NCBI GenBank assembly: GCA_964515735.1
Contig: CAZEVP010000008.1
Location: 7,945-71,944, forward strand
Reading direction: 5' to 3'
From: an uncultured Verrucomicrobiaceae bacterium
Lineage (GTDB): Bacteria > Pseudomonadota > Gammaproteobacteria > Pseudomonadales > CAMLJR01
Length of the DNA stretch: 64,000 nucleotides
Shown here: one piece after another, positions 9,762 through 18,319 of the stretch
Layout of the letters: the number at the start of each line of letters is the position of its first letter
How positions within the stretch are numbered: position 1 is the stretch's first letter
The notes under the pieces: generated by a model
Database searches by the model: none
What the model was told of the DNA's origin: nothing
What the model saw: the letters and a program-made list of their open reading frames with translations, nothing else
Translations under genes and position numbers: made by a program

Positions 9762-9954
9762 TTTCTGTCGACGCAAAAATTTACTGGCGACGGCCTTGTG
9801 GGGGATACGATGAAATCTGGCCGACAGGCTGCGGATTGGACATCGCAGCCGAATGCGCGGGTTGCCCGGTGTCGTTGACGCAACTCGCGGGTGTGGCGTA
9901 TTTTCCGGCGGCACCCCATCACGACAATGGCTGGTCCGCAGCCGGTTCCGCGCC

Positions 9955-10815
9955 ATGACATCCGCCATCGCCAAGGGTTCTATCGACATCGATGCCGAAG
10001 TCCGGTCGCAGCACGCGTGCATCCAGCTGGTTCGCTACCACTTTCTGGAGCCGCCCGAGAGCACGCTCTACGCCAGCGACAATTTCCGCATCGACCTCTG
10101 CCTGACGGCGCGGCACCGCAGCTCGCGCGCCAGTTTCATCGATCTCTGGAACCCTCGCCGCTTCGAGCGGATCGGCGACCTGTTCCTGTTGCCACCCGCC
10201 ATCGGCATCCGCGCTGGAAGTGACGAAAGCTCGTCGATCAGCTCGCTGGTCTGCCAGCTCGATGCCGGGTTCCTGCTCGCGCTGTTCGACGAACTGCCGG
10301 AAGTGAACGACCGGATGCTGACCGCGAGCCTGGACATCAAGGACGCGCGGGTGCGCAACCTGCTGCTGCGTCTGGCCGAGGAGGCGAGGCACCCCGGTTT
10401 CGCCAGCGCCCTGCTGATCGACTCGATCGTCACGCAGACCGCTATCGAACTGTTCCGGATCGGTGTCGGCGTGCGCGAACAACCCGACCAGGGCGGGCTC
10501 GCGCCGTGGCAGCTGCGCCAGATCGACGAGCGACTGAAGGAGATCAGGGAGTCGCCGACACTGGCCGAGATCGCCAGCATCTGCCGGATATCGGTGCGGC
10601 AACTGACACGGGGGTTTCGCGCCAACCGCGGCTGCTCGATCGGCACCTACGTGGCCAACAGCCAGATCGAACACGCCAAACAGATGCTCGACAGCGGCAA
10701 GAGCGTTTCCGCCATTGCGGAAATTCTGGGATTCTCGACGGCATCGAATTTCGGCGTCGCGTTCCGGCGCGCGACCGGGCTCACGCCCGGCCAGTACCGA
10801 CGTCGCATCATTTGA
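9955..10815 (+). CDS. AraC/XylS family transcriptional regulator
   Basis: C-terminal double HTH (..LAEIASICRISVRQLTRGFR.. SVSAIAEILGFSTASNFGVAFRRATGLTPGQYR). The start is taken at the internal ATG (MTSAIAKG..); the alternative is 9853. Confidence 0.85.
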   Translation: MTSAIAKGSIDIDAEVRSQHACIQLVRYHFLEPPESTLYASDNFRIDLCLTARHRSSRASFIDLWNPRRFERIGDLFLLPPAIGIRAGSDESSSISSLVCQLDAGFLLALFDELPEVNDRMLTASLDIKDARVRNLLLRLAEEARHPGFASALLIDSIVTQTAIELFRIGVGVREQPDQGGLAPWQLRQIDERLKEIRESPTLAEIASICRISVRQLTRGFRANRGCSIGTYVANSQIEHAKQMLDSGKSVSAIAEILGFSTASNFGVAFRRATGLTPGQYRRRII

Positions 10816-10828
10816 CGAAAAAGAACGA

Positions 10829-11185
10829 ATGTTCAGGCATCACAAATATTGCGTGATCGAGGTTGCCGGCCTGCTGGTGGGACGCATCGACCGCGACGGC
10901 GCGTTCGATCTGCGTCTGCTCGACACACAGGGCGCACTCGGACCAGACCGTGTAAATCAGGCCGATGCGTCATCGGCGATCAGAATCTGCGATGGCGGCC
11001 TTAGCGATTACATCCGGCAACATGCGTCGATGGGAGATCGCCTCGACGGCGAATATCGGCTGCAGGCCCGCATCACCGGCAACGTGGACATGGATGGTGG
11101 TGAAACCCGGCTGGCCGACATCAGTCAGGCGATCCTGAAGGATGGTGACAGGGTGCTGCGCTACGACCCGGACGGTCTGGGTTGA
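10829..11185 (+). CDS. Hypothetical protein
   Basis: 118-aa ORF from the ATG at 10829. No recognisable family. Coding status is uncertain. Confidence 0.35.
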   Translation: MFRHHKYCVIEVAGLLVGRIDRDGAFDLRLLDTQGALGPDRVNQADASSAIRICDGGLSDYIRQHASMGDRLDGEYRLQARITGNVDMDGGETRLADISQAILKDGDRVLRYDPDGLG

Positions 11186-11202
11186 GCTGACAGCGGCAAA
11201 AA

Positions 11203-11754
11203 CTACGAGCAGCGAACCAGTTCCAGCGCATCCGGTTCATCGACATCCACCGCCAGCCCCTGACGTTCGATGACAGCGGCATGGGGCAGCAGTGCGCGAT
11301 GCGCGGCGAAACTTTCCACGCCGAACTTCGACACGAAGGGCTCCGCGCCGACCAGCGCCAGAGCATTGGTGCCGTGACCCGCGCGATCCGGCGCCAGCGC
11401 CGCACCACACCGTTCCGCCGCATCCAGTAACTCGGAGATTTCCGCAACATCGAGCAGCGGCAGGTCGGCGTGAATGAACAGCGTCGCTTCAGCAGCGAGT
11501 CGTTCGCGCGCGGCGGCCAGCTCTCCGTTCAAACCTCGACCGATATCCTCCAGCCACAATCCGTCGAAGAATGGCGGGCACTGTGGCGCGACGACGCAGA
11601 TACGTTCGATGGCCGGCACCCGCGCCAGCTGATCGAACACATGACACGCCATCCGCTCGACCAGCACATTGCGCTGCGCGGGCGTCAGGTGCCCGGAGAG
11701 CCGCGTCTTGCAGTCGCGCCCGTAATTGAGCGGAACGATCGCCGTCCACTTCAT
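11203..11754 (-). CDS. cofC: F420 biosynthesis guanylyltransferase (2-phospho-L-lactate/PEP/3PG guanylyltransferase)
   Basis: 183 aa with a CofC/FbiD-like N-terminus (MKWTAIVPLN.. KTRL) and ..LFIHADLPLL... Its start overlaps the cofD stop by 4 nt. Confidence 0.8.
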   Translation of the reverse strand: MKWTAIVPLNYGRDCKTRLSGHLTPAQRNVLVERMACHVFDQLARVPAIERICVVAPQCPPFFDGLWLEDIGRGLNGELAAARERLAAEATLFIHADLPLLDVAEISELLDAAERCGAALAPDRAGHGTNALALVGAEPFVSKFGVESFAAHRALLPHAAVIERQGLAVDVDEPDALELVRCS

Positions 11755-12674
11755 GATGCCGCGATGTCCTGCGCCAGTTGCACGGCGGCCGCCGCCACGC
11801 GCTGCTTGTCCTCCAGCGTGCGCATCAGCGTCGACGTGGCGCGCGCCGGCAGGTTCGACGGCGCCGCGTCGCTGTCGTCGTGCAGCAGCGCGTCGACGAT
11901 GCCGGCGTAGTGCGCGGCGATGGCATCGTTGGTCGATGGCACCCCCAGCTCCGCCATCATCTTCGTCGTCGGTCCCTTCACCGCCTGGCCGCCGACGATC
12001 GGCGATATGGCGACGACCGCCGCCGGTGTCGAACGCAGCGCCTGCGCGATGTCTGCGACAGTGAGGATCGGATCGATCGACAGATAGGGATTCGACGGCG
12101 CGATGAAAACGGCATCGGCGCCGAGAATGGCATCGACGACACCCGGTGCAGCGTTGGCGCCATCGGCGCCATTGAAACGGACAGCGCGCACGACCGGTTC
12201 GCAGTGCCGCGCGACGAAGTAGCGCTGGAACTCCAGCTCGCCTTCATCGGTGTCGACGACGGTGGCGACGTTGCTGTCGCTCATCGGCAGGATGCGGGTG
12301 GGAATCTCCCACGCCCGCGCGAACCGGGCCGTGATCGTCGACAGCGATTCGCCGCGCGCCAGCGCGTCGCTGCGCAGTACGTGCAGCGCGAGATCGCCAT
12401 CGCCGAGCAGGAACCAGTCGGGACCGTGCAGCGAGCGCACGGCGTCGAGGAAATTCCAGCTCTCCCCTTCGCGCCCCCAGCCCAGCGTCTTGTTCGACTT
12501 GCCGGAGAGCGTGTACAGCAGCGTGTCGATATCGGGCGAGACATGCAGGCCGAGATGGCGGAAGTCGTCGCCGGTGTTGACGATGGCGGTCAGTTCGTCG
12601 ACGAGGCCGCAGCGCTCCAGCCCGAGCACGAACTTGGCGCCGCCGACGCCACCTGTCAGCACTGTAATCTTCAT
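11751..12674 (-). CDS. cofD: 2-phospho-L-lactate transferase (FO phospholactyl transferase)
   Basis: 307 aa from the internal ATG (MKITVLTGGVGGAKFVLGL.. IVNTGDDF..). This is the typical CofD N-terminus. Confidence 0.9.
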   Translation of the reverse strand: MKITVLTGGVGGAKFVLGLERCGLVDELTAIVNTGDDFRHLGLHVSPDIDTLLYTLSGKSNKTLGWGREGESWNFLDAVRSLHGPDWFLLGDGDLALHVLRSDALARGESLSTITARFARAWEIPTRILPMSDSNVATVVDTDEGELEFQRYFVARHCEPVVRAVRFNGADGANAAPGVVDAILGADAVFIAPSNPYLSIDPILTVADIAQALRSTPAAVVAISPIVGGQAVKGPTTKMMAELGVPSTNDAIAAHYAGIVDALLHDDSDAAPSNLPARATSTLMRTLEDKQRVAAAAVQLAQDIAAS

Positions 12675-12693
12675 CGAAAATGATTCTCGGTCT

Positions 12694-13443
12694 TCACCGG
12701 AACAGATCCTCGTCGGGATTGCGCACCAGCGACGCCGCCGCAACATCGCCGGCCGGCAACGCGCAGCCGCGCACCAGCACGACCGGAATGCCCTCGGCGC
12801 CCTCGCCCATCGCCAGCCCCGCCGCCGAGGCGAGCAGATCGCCATAGGCGATCTGTGTCACGCGCAGTTCGCGGCCGTCGCGATCGCTGATGCCGCGCTT
12901 GTCGTACAGCGCCGGAATGCCGGCCGCGCCGAGCGCGACGTTGACGACGCCATTGCGCCACGGCCGACCGAAGCTGTCGGAGATGACGATGCCGAGTTCG
13001 ACGCCGAGCCGTTCGCGCAGGGCGTCACGCAACGTCGCGGCCGACTGGTCGGAATCGAGCGGCAGCAGCAATACCGAATCGTCGTTGCCGGCGCCGATGT
13101 TGGAGGCATCGATACCGGCGTTGGCCATCACATAGCCGCAACGATGGCGCGTGATCAGCACGCCGCGCACGGCGCGCACCACCTCGGTCGATTCGCGCAG
13201 CACCAGCTCGATCAGGCGCGGGTCCTTGTCGACGACGGCCGCCAGCTCGATCGCGCGCGCGCCCGGCGTCACGCCGACGAGCGCCACCATCCGCCCCTCG
13301 GCTTTCGAGACGATCTTCTGTGTGACGACGACGATGTCGCCGTGCCGCGGCGCCAGCGGTTGCAGTGCCTGCGCCAGCAGCTCGCCGAGATCGGCGCCGC
13401 ACGGCACTTCGCCAATGCCGGTAACCGGTTGAATCGCTATCAA
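12694..13443 (-). CDS. cofE: F420-0:gamma-glutamyl ligase, single-domain form
   Basis: CofE-like sequence (VVVTQKIVSKAEGR.. ANAGIDASN.. ISDSFGRPWRNG). There is no in-frame ATG near the conserved N-terminus. A TTG at 13443 is proposed, so the start is uncertain. No FbiB-type C-terminal nitroreductase domain. Confidence 0.85.
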   Translation of the reverse strand: MIAIQPVTGIGEVPCGADLGELLAQALQPLAPRHGDIVVVTQKIVSKAEGRMVALVGVTPGARAIELAAVVDKDPRLIELVLRESTEVVRAVRGVLITRHRCGYVMANAGIDASNIGAGNDDSVLLLPLDSDQSAATLRDALRERLGVELGIVISDSFGRPWRNGVVNVALGAAGIPALYDKRGISDRDGRELRVTQIAYGDLLASAAGLAMGEGAEGIPVVLVRGCALPAGDVAAASLVRNPDEDLFR

Positions 13444-13571
13444 ATTCGATACCTCGATATCACTTCGCCCACACCCCCGTGCCACTCCCTTCCCCCGACC
13501 GCGCGCACCCGTCATGGCTGCCCCATACTTCGTGCTGTATTGTGTACACCCAAACACTGCGGGGTAGCGCC

Positions 13572-13814
13572 ATGTCCACGACCATGACCATTCGCCTGGA
13601 GCCCGAACTCAAGGAGCGGCTCGACCAGCTGGCCGAGGCCACCAACCGCTCCAAGTCGTTTCTGGCGGCGGAAGCGCTTCGCGATTACGTCGAGATCAAC
13701 GAATGGCAGATCCACGAGATCAGGGAAGCCATCAAGGAGGCCGACGACGGTGATTTCGCCTCCGATCAGGCTGTGAACGAAACGCTGGGCAAGTGGGGCG
13801 TCGATGCGCGTTGA
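13572..13814 (+). CDS. Ribbon-helix-helix antitoxin (ParD/CopG family)
   Basis: 80 aa (MSTTMTIRLEPELKERLDQLAEATNRSKSFLAAEALRDYV..). It overlaps the downstream toxin gene by 11 nt. Confidence 0.8.
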   Translation: MSTTMTIRLEPELKERLDQLAEATNRSKSFLAAEALRDYVEINEWQIHEIREAIKEADDGDFASDQAVNETLGKWGVDAR

Positions 13815-14094
13815 GTGGCTGAACCAGGCGCTGCGAAACCTCGACGACGAAGCCGAATACATCGCCCGGGAAGACCCGCAGGCCGCCAGGCTCGTCGTCC
13901 AGCGCATCGTCGATACCATCAACCTGCTGCCCGACAACCCCGCCCTGGGCCATGCCGGCCGCCTGCACGGCACTCGCGAGCTGGTAGTGCCCGACACCCG
14001 CTACATCGTCCCCTACCGCGTCCGACCCCGCCTGCAACGCATCGAGATTCTCCGCATTTTCCACGCTTCGCGTAAGCCACCAAAGCGCTGGTAG
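13804..14094 (+). CDS. Type II toxin, RelE/ParE family
   Basis: 96 aa with typical ParE/RelE features (..AEYIAREDPQAARLVVQRI.. ELVVPDTRYIVPYRV.. IEILRIFHASR). Confidence 0.85.
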   Translation: MRVEWLNQALRNLDDEAEYIAREDPQAARLVVQRIVDTINLLPDNPALGHAGRLHGTRELVVPDTRYIVPYRVRPRLQRIEILRIFHASRKPPKRW

Positions 14095-14118
14095 CCTCGC
14101 CCCGGTCGCAGCCGCGGC

Positions 14119-14859
14119 TCAGCATCGCGCACTCAACTCATACGCGCAGATATTGACCACCGATGCCAGATTCAGCGATTCGATGTCGCCGCTACCGGTG
14201 ATGGTGAACGGTTTTGCCTGCAGCGATGCCAGCAGTTCGCGCGGCACGCCGCGCGCCTCGTTGCCGAACAGGTAGCAGTCGAAGTCGGAGAATCCGGAAG
14301 CGGGCAGCGGTTCGCCCTGCATGTCGAGCACGGCGATACGCGGAAAACGCTCGCGCAGCGAATCGAGCCCGACATCGCACTCGAGCGGCACGCGGAATAT
14401 CGCGCCCATGCTGGCGCGCACCACCTTCGGATTGAACGGGTCGACGCTGCCGGGAGCGAGCAGGCAGCGGAAGCCGCCGAACCAGGCCAGCGTGCGCAGG
14501 ATGGTGCCGAGATTGCCGGGGTCCTGCACTTCGTGCAGATAAACCGCGCGCGCGCCGCCGCTCACCGATACGACCGCCGACAGCGGCACGACGGCAACGA
14601 TGCCCTGTGGCGTTTTGGTATCGGCGATCTGCGCCAGCTGGCGCTCGCCGACGACGTGCGTCGCGAACGGGCTGTTCCAGTCGCCGCCCTGTTTCTGCAA
14701 AAAGGCGTCGGTGACGTACAGCTCGCTCTGCAGCAGTGCCGGATTGCTGTCGGCCGCGCGCTGCAATTCGATCGCGAGGTGCTCGCCCTCGACCAGGAAG
14801 TGGCCGAACCGCTCGCGGTATTTCTTCTGCTGCAGTTTCTTGATGTCGTCGAGTTTCAT
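14119..14859 (-). CDS. TrmH/SpoU family RNA 2'-O-methyltransferase
   Basis: 246 aa from the internal ATG (MKLDDIKKLQ..). SpoU motifs are present (VQDPGNLGTILRT, VRASMGAIFRVP, GNEARGV, SLNLASVVNI). ATGA overlap with the upstream gene. Confidence 0.85.
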   Translation of the reverse strand: MKLDDIKKLQQKKYRERFGHFLVEGEHLAIELQRAADSNPALLQSELYVTDAFLQKQGGDWNSPFATHVVGERQLAQIADTKTPQGIVAVVPLSAVVSVSGGARAVYLHEVQDPGNLGTILRTLAWFGGFRCLLAPGSVDPFNPKVVRASMGAIFRVPLECDVGLDSLRERFPRIAVLDMQGEPLPASGFSDFDCYLFGNEARGVPRELLASLQAKPFTITGSGDIESLNLASVVNICAYELSARC

Positions 14860-16487
14860 GCGCGCGCCACCTGCGCCACATCGGCGAGCATCGCCAGCGC
14901 CACCGCCTCGGCCACGCGGATGCCGTCGACACCGGCCGACAGGATGCCGCCAGCGTAACCAGCCCCTTCGCCGGCCGGATAGAGGCCGCGCGTGTTGCGG
15001 CTCTGCAGTGTCTGCGCATCGCGCGCGATCCGCACCGGCGACGAGGTGCGCGTCTCGACGCCGGTCAGCACGGCGTCGTCGCGGTCGAAGCCGCGAATCT
15101 GTTTGCCGAAGGCCGGCAGCGCCTCGCGGATCGCCTCGATAGCATAGGCCGGCAGTGCGCTGGCCAGATCGACGAGTTTCACACCGGGCTTGTAGGAGGG
15201 TTCGACTTCGCCGAGTCCGGTCGACGGCACGCCGCGCAGGAAATCGCCGACCAGCTGCGCCGGCGCCGAGTAGTCGCCGCCACCCAGTTCGAAGGCGTGC
15301 GATTCCAGTTTCTGTTGCAGTTCGACGCCGGCCAGCACGTCGCCGGGAAAATCGCTCTGCGGATCGATGCCGACGACGATGCCGGCGTTGGCATTGCGCT
15401 CGTTGCGCGAGTACTGGCTCATGCCGTTGGTGACGACGCGGTTCGGCTCCGACGTCGCCGCGACCACGGTGCCGCCGGGGCACATGCAGAAGCTGTAGAC
15501 GGCGCGGCCGTTCTTCGCGTGGTGAACCAGCTTGTAGTCGGCGGCACCGAGTGCCGGGTGGCCGGCGTACTTGCCGAGCCGCGCACGGTCGATCATCGAC
15601 TGCGGGTGTTCGATGCGAAAGCCGATCGCGAACGGCTTCGGTTCGATGAAGACGCCGCGCCGCTGCAGCATCCGGAACGTATCGCGCGCACTGTGGCCGA
15701 GCGCCAGCACGACGTGGCGGCTGGCGATCCGCTCGCCGCTGGCCAGCTCGACACCCTCTACCCGGCCCGCCTCGATCAGCAGGTCGGTGACATGACTCTC
15801 GAACCGCACTTCGCCACCGAGCCGGATGATCTCGTCGCGCATCGCCGCCACCACGCCGGTCAGCCGGAAGGTACCGATGTGCGGCTTGCTGACATACAGG
15901 ATCTCTTCCGGCGCGCCGGCCTTGACGAACTCGGCCATCACCTTGCGGCCGTAGAACTTCGGATCCTTGATCTGACTGTAGAGCTTGCCGTCGGAGAACA
16001 GGCCGGCGCCGCCCTCGCCGAACTGCACGTTCGACTCCGGCGTCAGCTCGCGCTGGCGCCACAGCGCCCAGGTGTCCTGCGTGCGGCGGCGCACGTCGCG
16101 GCCGCGCTCCAGCACGATCGGCTGGAACCCCATCTGCGCCAGCAGCAGCGCGGCGAACAGTCCGCACGGGCCGAAGCCGACGATGACCGGCCGCTCGCCG
16201 ATGCCGGCCGGCGCTTGCGCCACCGGGTGGTAACGGGTGTCGGGCGACGAACTGATGTGACGATCGTTCGACAGCCGTTTCAGCACGGCCGACTCGTCGC
16301 GCACGGCGACGTCGACGATATAGATGAACAGGATCGCGCTGTTCTTCTTGCGCGCGTCGTAGCTGCGCTTGAACACGGTGACGTCGAGCAGGTCGTCCTT
16401 GCGGATGCCGAGCCGTTGCACGATCGCCTGCGGCAGCGCCTCGGCGGGATGGTCGAGCGGCAGGGAGAGTTCGGTGATGCGAATCAT
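14856..16487 (-). CDS. FAD/NAD(P)-dependent oxidoreductase (COG2509-like, uncharacterised)
   Basis: 543 aa with a dinucleotide-binding motif (VIVGFGPCGLFAALLLAQMG) and ..GEGGAGLFSDGKL... Confidence 0.8.
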   Translation of the reverse strand: MIRITELSLPLDHPAEALPQAIVQRLGIRKDDLLDVTVFKRSYDARKKNSAILFIYIVDVAVRDESAVLKRLSNDRHISSSPDTRYHPVAQAPAGIGERPVIVGFGPCGLFAALLLAQMGFQPIVLERGRDVRRRTQDTWALWRQRELTPESNVQFGEGGAGLFSDGKLYSQIKDPKFYGRKVMAEFVKAGAPEEILYVSKPHIGTFRLTGVVAAMRDEIIRLGGEVRFESHVTDLLIEAGRVEGVELASGERIASRHVVLALGHSARDTFRMLQRRGVFIEPKPFAIGFRIEHPQSMIDRARLGKYAGHPALGAADYKLVHHAKNGRAVYSFCMCPGGTVVAATSEPNRVVTNGMSQYSRNERNANAGIVVGIDPQSDFPGDVLAGVELQQKLESHAFELGGGDYSAPAQLVGDFLRGVPSTGLGEVEPSYKPGVKLVDLASALPAYAIEAIREALPAFGKQIRGFDRDDAVLTGVETRTSSPVRIARDAQTLQSRNTRGLYPAGEGAGYAGGILSAGVDGIRVAEAVALAMLADVAQVARA

Positions 16488-16637
16488 GGGCGATGCCTTT
16501 GCGGCCGGTTGTCCCCGGCAGATACGGAGGCACTGCCGCGCCTCCGGGGTCGATAGCCTGCGGATTCTACCGACCCGATGCGGCGAGCGGCAGCGGCCGG
16601 CTTACAATGGCGCCCTTTCCATCCCCGGTAGCACCTC

Positions 16638-17261
16638 ATGGCACGCTCGAAAAGCAGCAATCGCTGGCTGCAGGAACACGTCAACGATCCCTACGTGAAG
16701 CAGGCGCAGAAGGATGGCTACCGCTCGCGCGCCGCCTACAAGCTGCTGGAGCTGAACGACAAGGACAAGCTGATCCGGCCCGGCATGCTGGTGATGGACC
16801 TCGGCTCGGCGCCGGGCGGCTGGTCGCAGGTGGCCGGTCATCTGGTCGGCCATCACGGCCGCGTCATCGCCACCGACATCCTGCCGATGGACGCGCTGGC
16901 CAACGTCGACTTCATCCAGGGCGACTTCACCGAGGAGGCCGTGTTCCGGCAGCTGCTCGACTACCTCGGCGAGCGCAGACCGGACCTGATCATCTCCGAC
17001 ATGGCGCCGAACATCTCCGGCATCGATGCCGCCGACCAGGCTTCGTCGATCTATCTGGTGGAACTGGCGCTGGACATGGTGCGCCACGTGCTGAAGCCGG
17101 GCGGCAACTTCGTCACCAAGCTGTTTCAGGGCGCCGGTTCGGACGACTACCTGAAGGAAGTCAGGAAGTCGTTTTCCAAGGTGTCGGTGCGCAAGCCGGC
17201 GGCGTCGCGGCCGCGCTCGCGCGAGGTCTACATCGTCGCCCGCGACTTCAAGGGGCAGTGA
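16638..17261 (+). CDS. rlmE: 23S rRNA (uridine2552-2'-O)-methyltransferase
   Basis: 207 aa ([33 protein letters not shown].. [11 protein letters not shown]). Confidence 0.95.
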   Translation: MARSKSSNRWLQEHVNDPYVKQAQKDGYRSRAAYKLLELNDKDKLIRPGMLVMDLGSAPGGWSQVAGHLVGHHGRVIATDILPMDALANVDFIQGDFTEEAVFRQLLDYLGERRPDLIISDMAPNISGIDAADQASSIYLVELALDMVRHVLKPGGNFVTKLFQGAGSDDYLKEVRKSFSKVSVRKPAASRPRSREVYIVARDFKGQ

Positions 17262-17288
17262 GCGCCCGCCATCCCACCGCCCGCTTCG

Positions 17289-18146
17289 CTAGACGGCGGT
17301 CAGCCGTCCATCGCGATAGTCGCGAATCGCCTGCTCGATCTGCTCCGGTGTGTTCATGACGAACGGCCCCCACTGCGCGATCGGCTCGCGCAGCGGTTTG
17401 CCGGCCAGCAGCAGCACGCGCGCGCCGTCCGGACCCGCCTCGACCACCACCCGTTCACCATCGCCGAGCACGCCGGCCACGCTGCGCGGCAGCCCCCGCC
17501 GCTCGTCGCCGACCCACAGCTCGCCCTCATACGGATAGAGCAGCGCGTTGTGACCGGCCGGCAGCGCCTGTTCGAAGCGTTCGCCCGGCGCCAGTTCGAG
17601 ATCGACGCAGAGCGGTTCGGTCGACAGCCCCTGCATCGGACCGTCGACACGTGCGCCGCCGACCTCGATCGAACCGGCGATCACCCTGGCGCGGCCGCCG
17701 CCCGGCAGCGCCGCCTGCGGAATCTGCGCGGCCGGGATGTCGCGGTAGCCGGCCGGCTTCATCTTCTCGGCCGCCGGCAGGTTCAGCCACAACTGGAAGC
17801 CGCGCATCAGGCCATGCTCCTGCTGCGGCATCTCGGAGTGGATGATGCCGCGCCCAGCCGTCATCCACTGCACGTCGCCACTGCGCAGGTCGCCGCGGTT
17901 GCCGAGGTGGTCGCTGTGCAGCATGTGGCCGTCGAGCATGTAGGTGACGGTCTCGAAGCCCCGGTGCGGGTGGCTCGGGAAACCGGCGATGTAGTCGGCC
18001 GCCTGCTCAGAGCCGAACTCGTCGAGCATCAGGAACGGGTCGAGCCGCACCCCCTGGCGCTGGCCGAGCGAGCGGCGGATGCGCACGCCGGCGCCATCGC
18101 TGGTCTGTTCGGACGGAATCACCTGTCGCAGTTCGCGTGTGGTCAT
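17289..18146 (-). CDS. Pirin family protein
   Basis: 285 aa from the internal ATG (MTTRELRQVIPSEQTSDGAGVRIRRSLG.. FPSHPHRGFETVTYMLDG.. GDVQWMTAGRGIIHSE). Confidence 0.9.
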   Translation of the reverse strand: MTTRELRQVIPSEQTSDGAGVRIRRSLGQRQGVRLDPFLMLDEFGSEQAADYIAGFPSHPHRGFETVTYMLDGHMLHSDHLGNRGDLRSGDVQWMTAGRGIIHSEMPQQEHGLMRGFQLWLNLPAAEKMKPAGYRDIPAAQIPQAALPGGGRARVIAGSIEVGGARVDGPMQGLSTEPLCVDLELAPGERFEQALPAGHNALLYPYEGELWVGDERRGLPRSVAGVLGDGERVVVEAGPDGARVLLLAGKPLREPIAQWGPFVMNTPEQIEQAIRDYRDGRLTAV

Positions 18147-18319
18147 GGTCGTCTCCTCCCGGTTCGCCGACAGGCCGCCATTACAGCGCCGCCGCGGCGC
18201 CGTTGTCAGCGAGCGCGATTGCACGTCCCGTTCAACGCGACTGATCGATCGCGGCGCGCGCCGCAGGGCCGGGAGGCCGCGTGCTATAGTGCCGCCCGCC
18301 TGCCCGCTCGAATAACACC

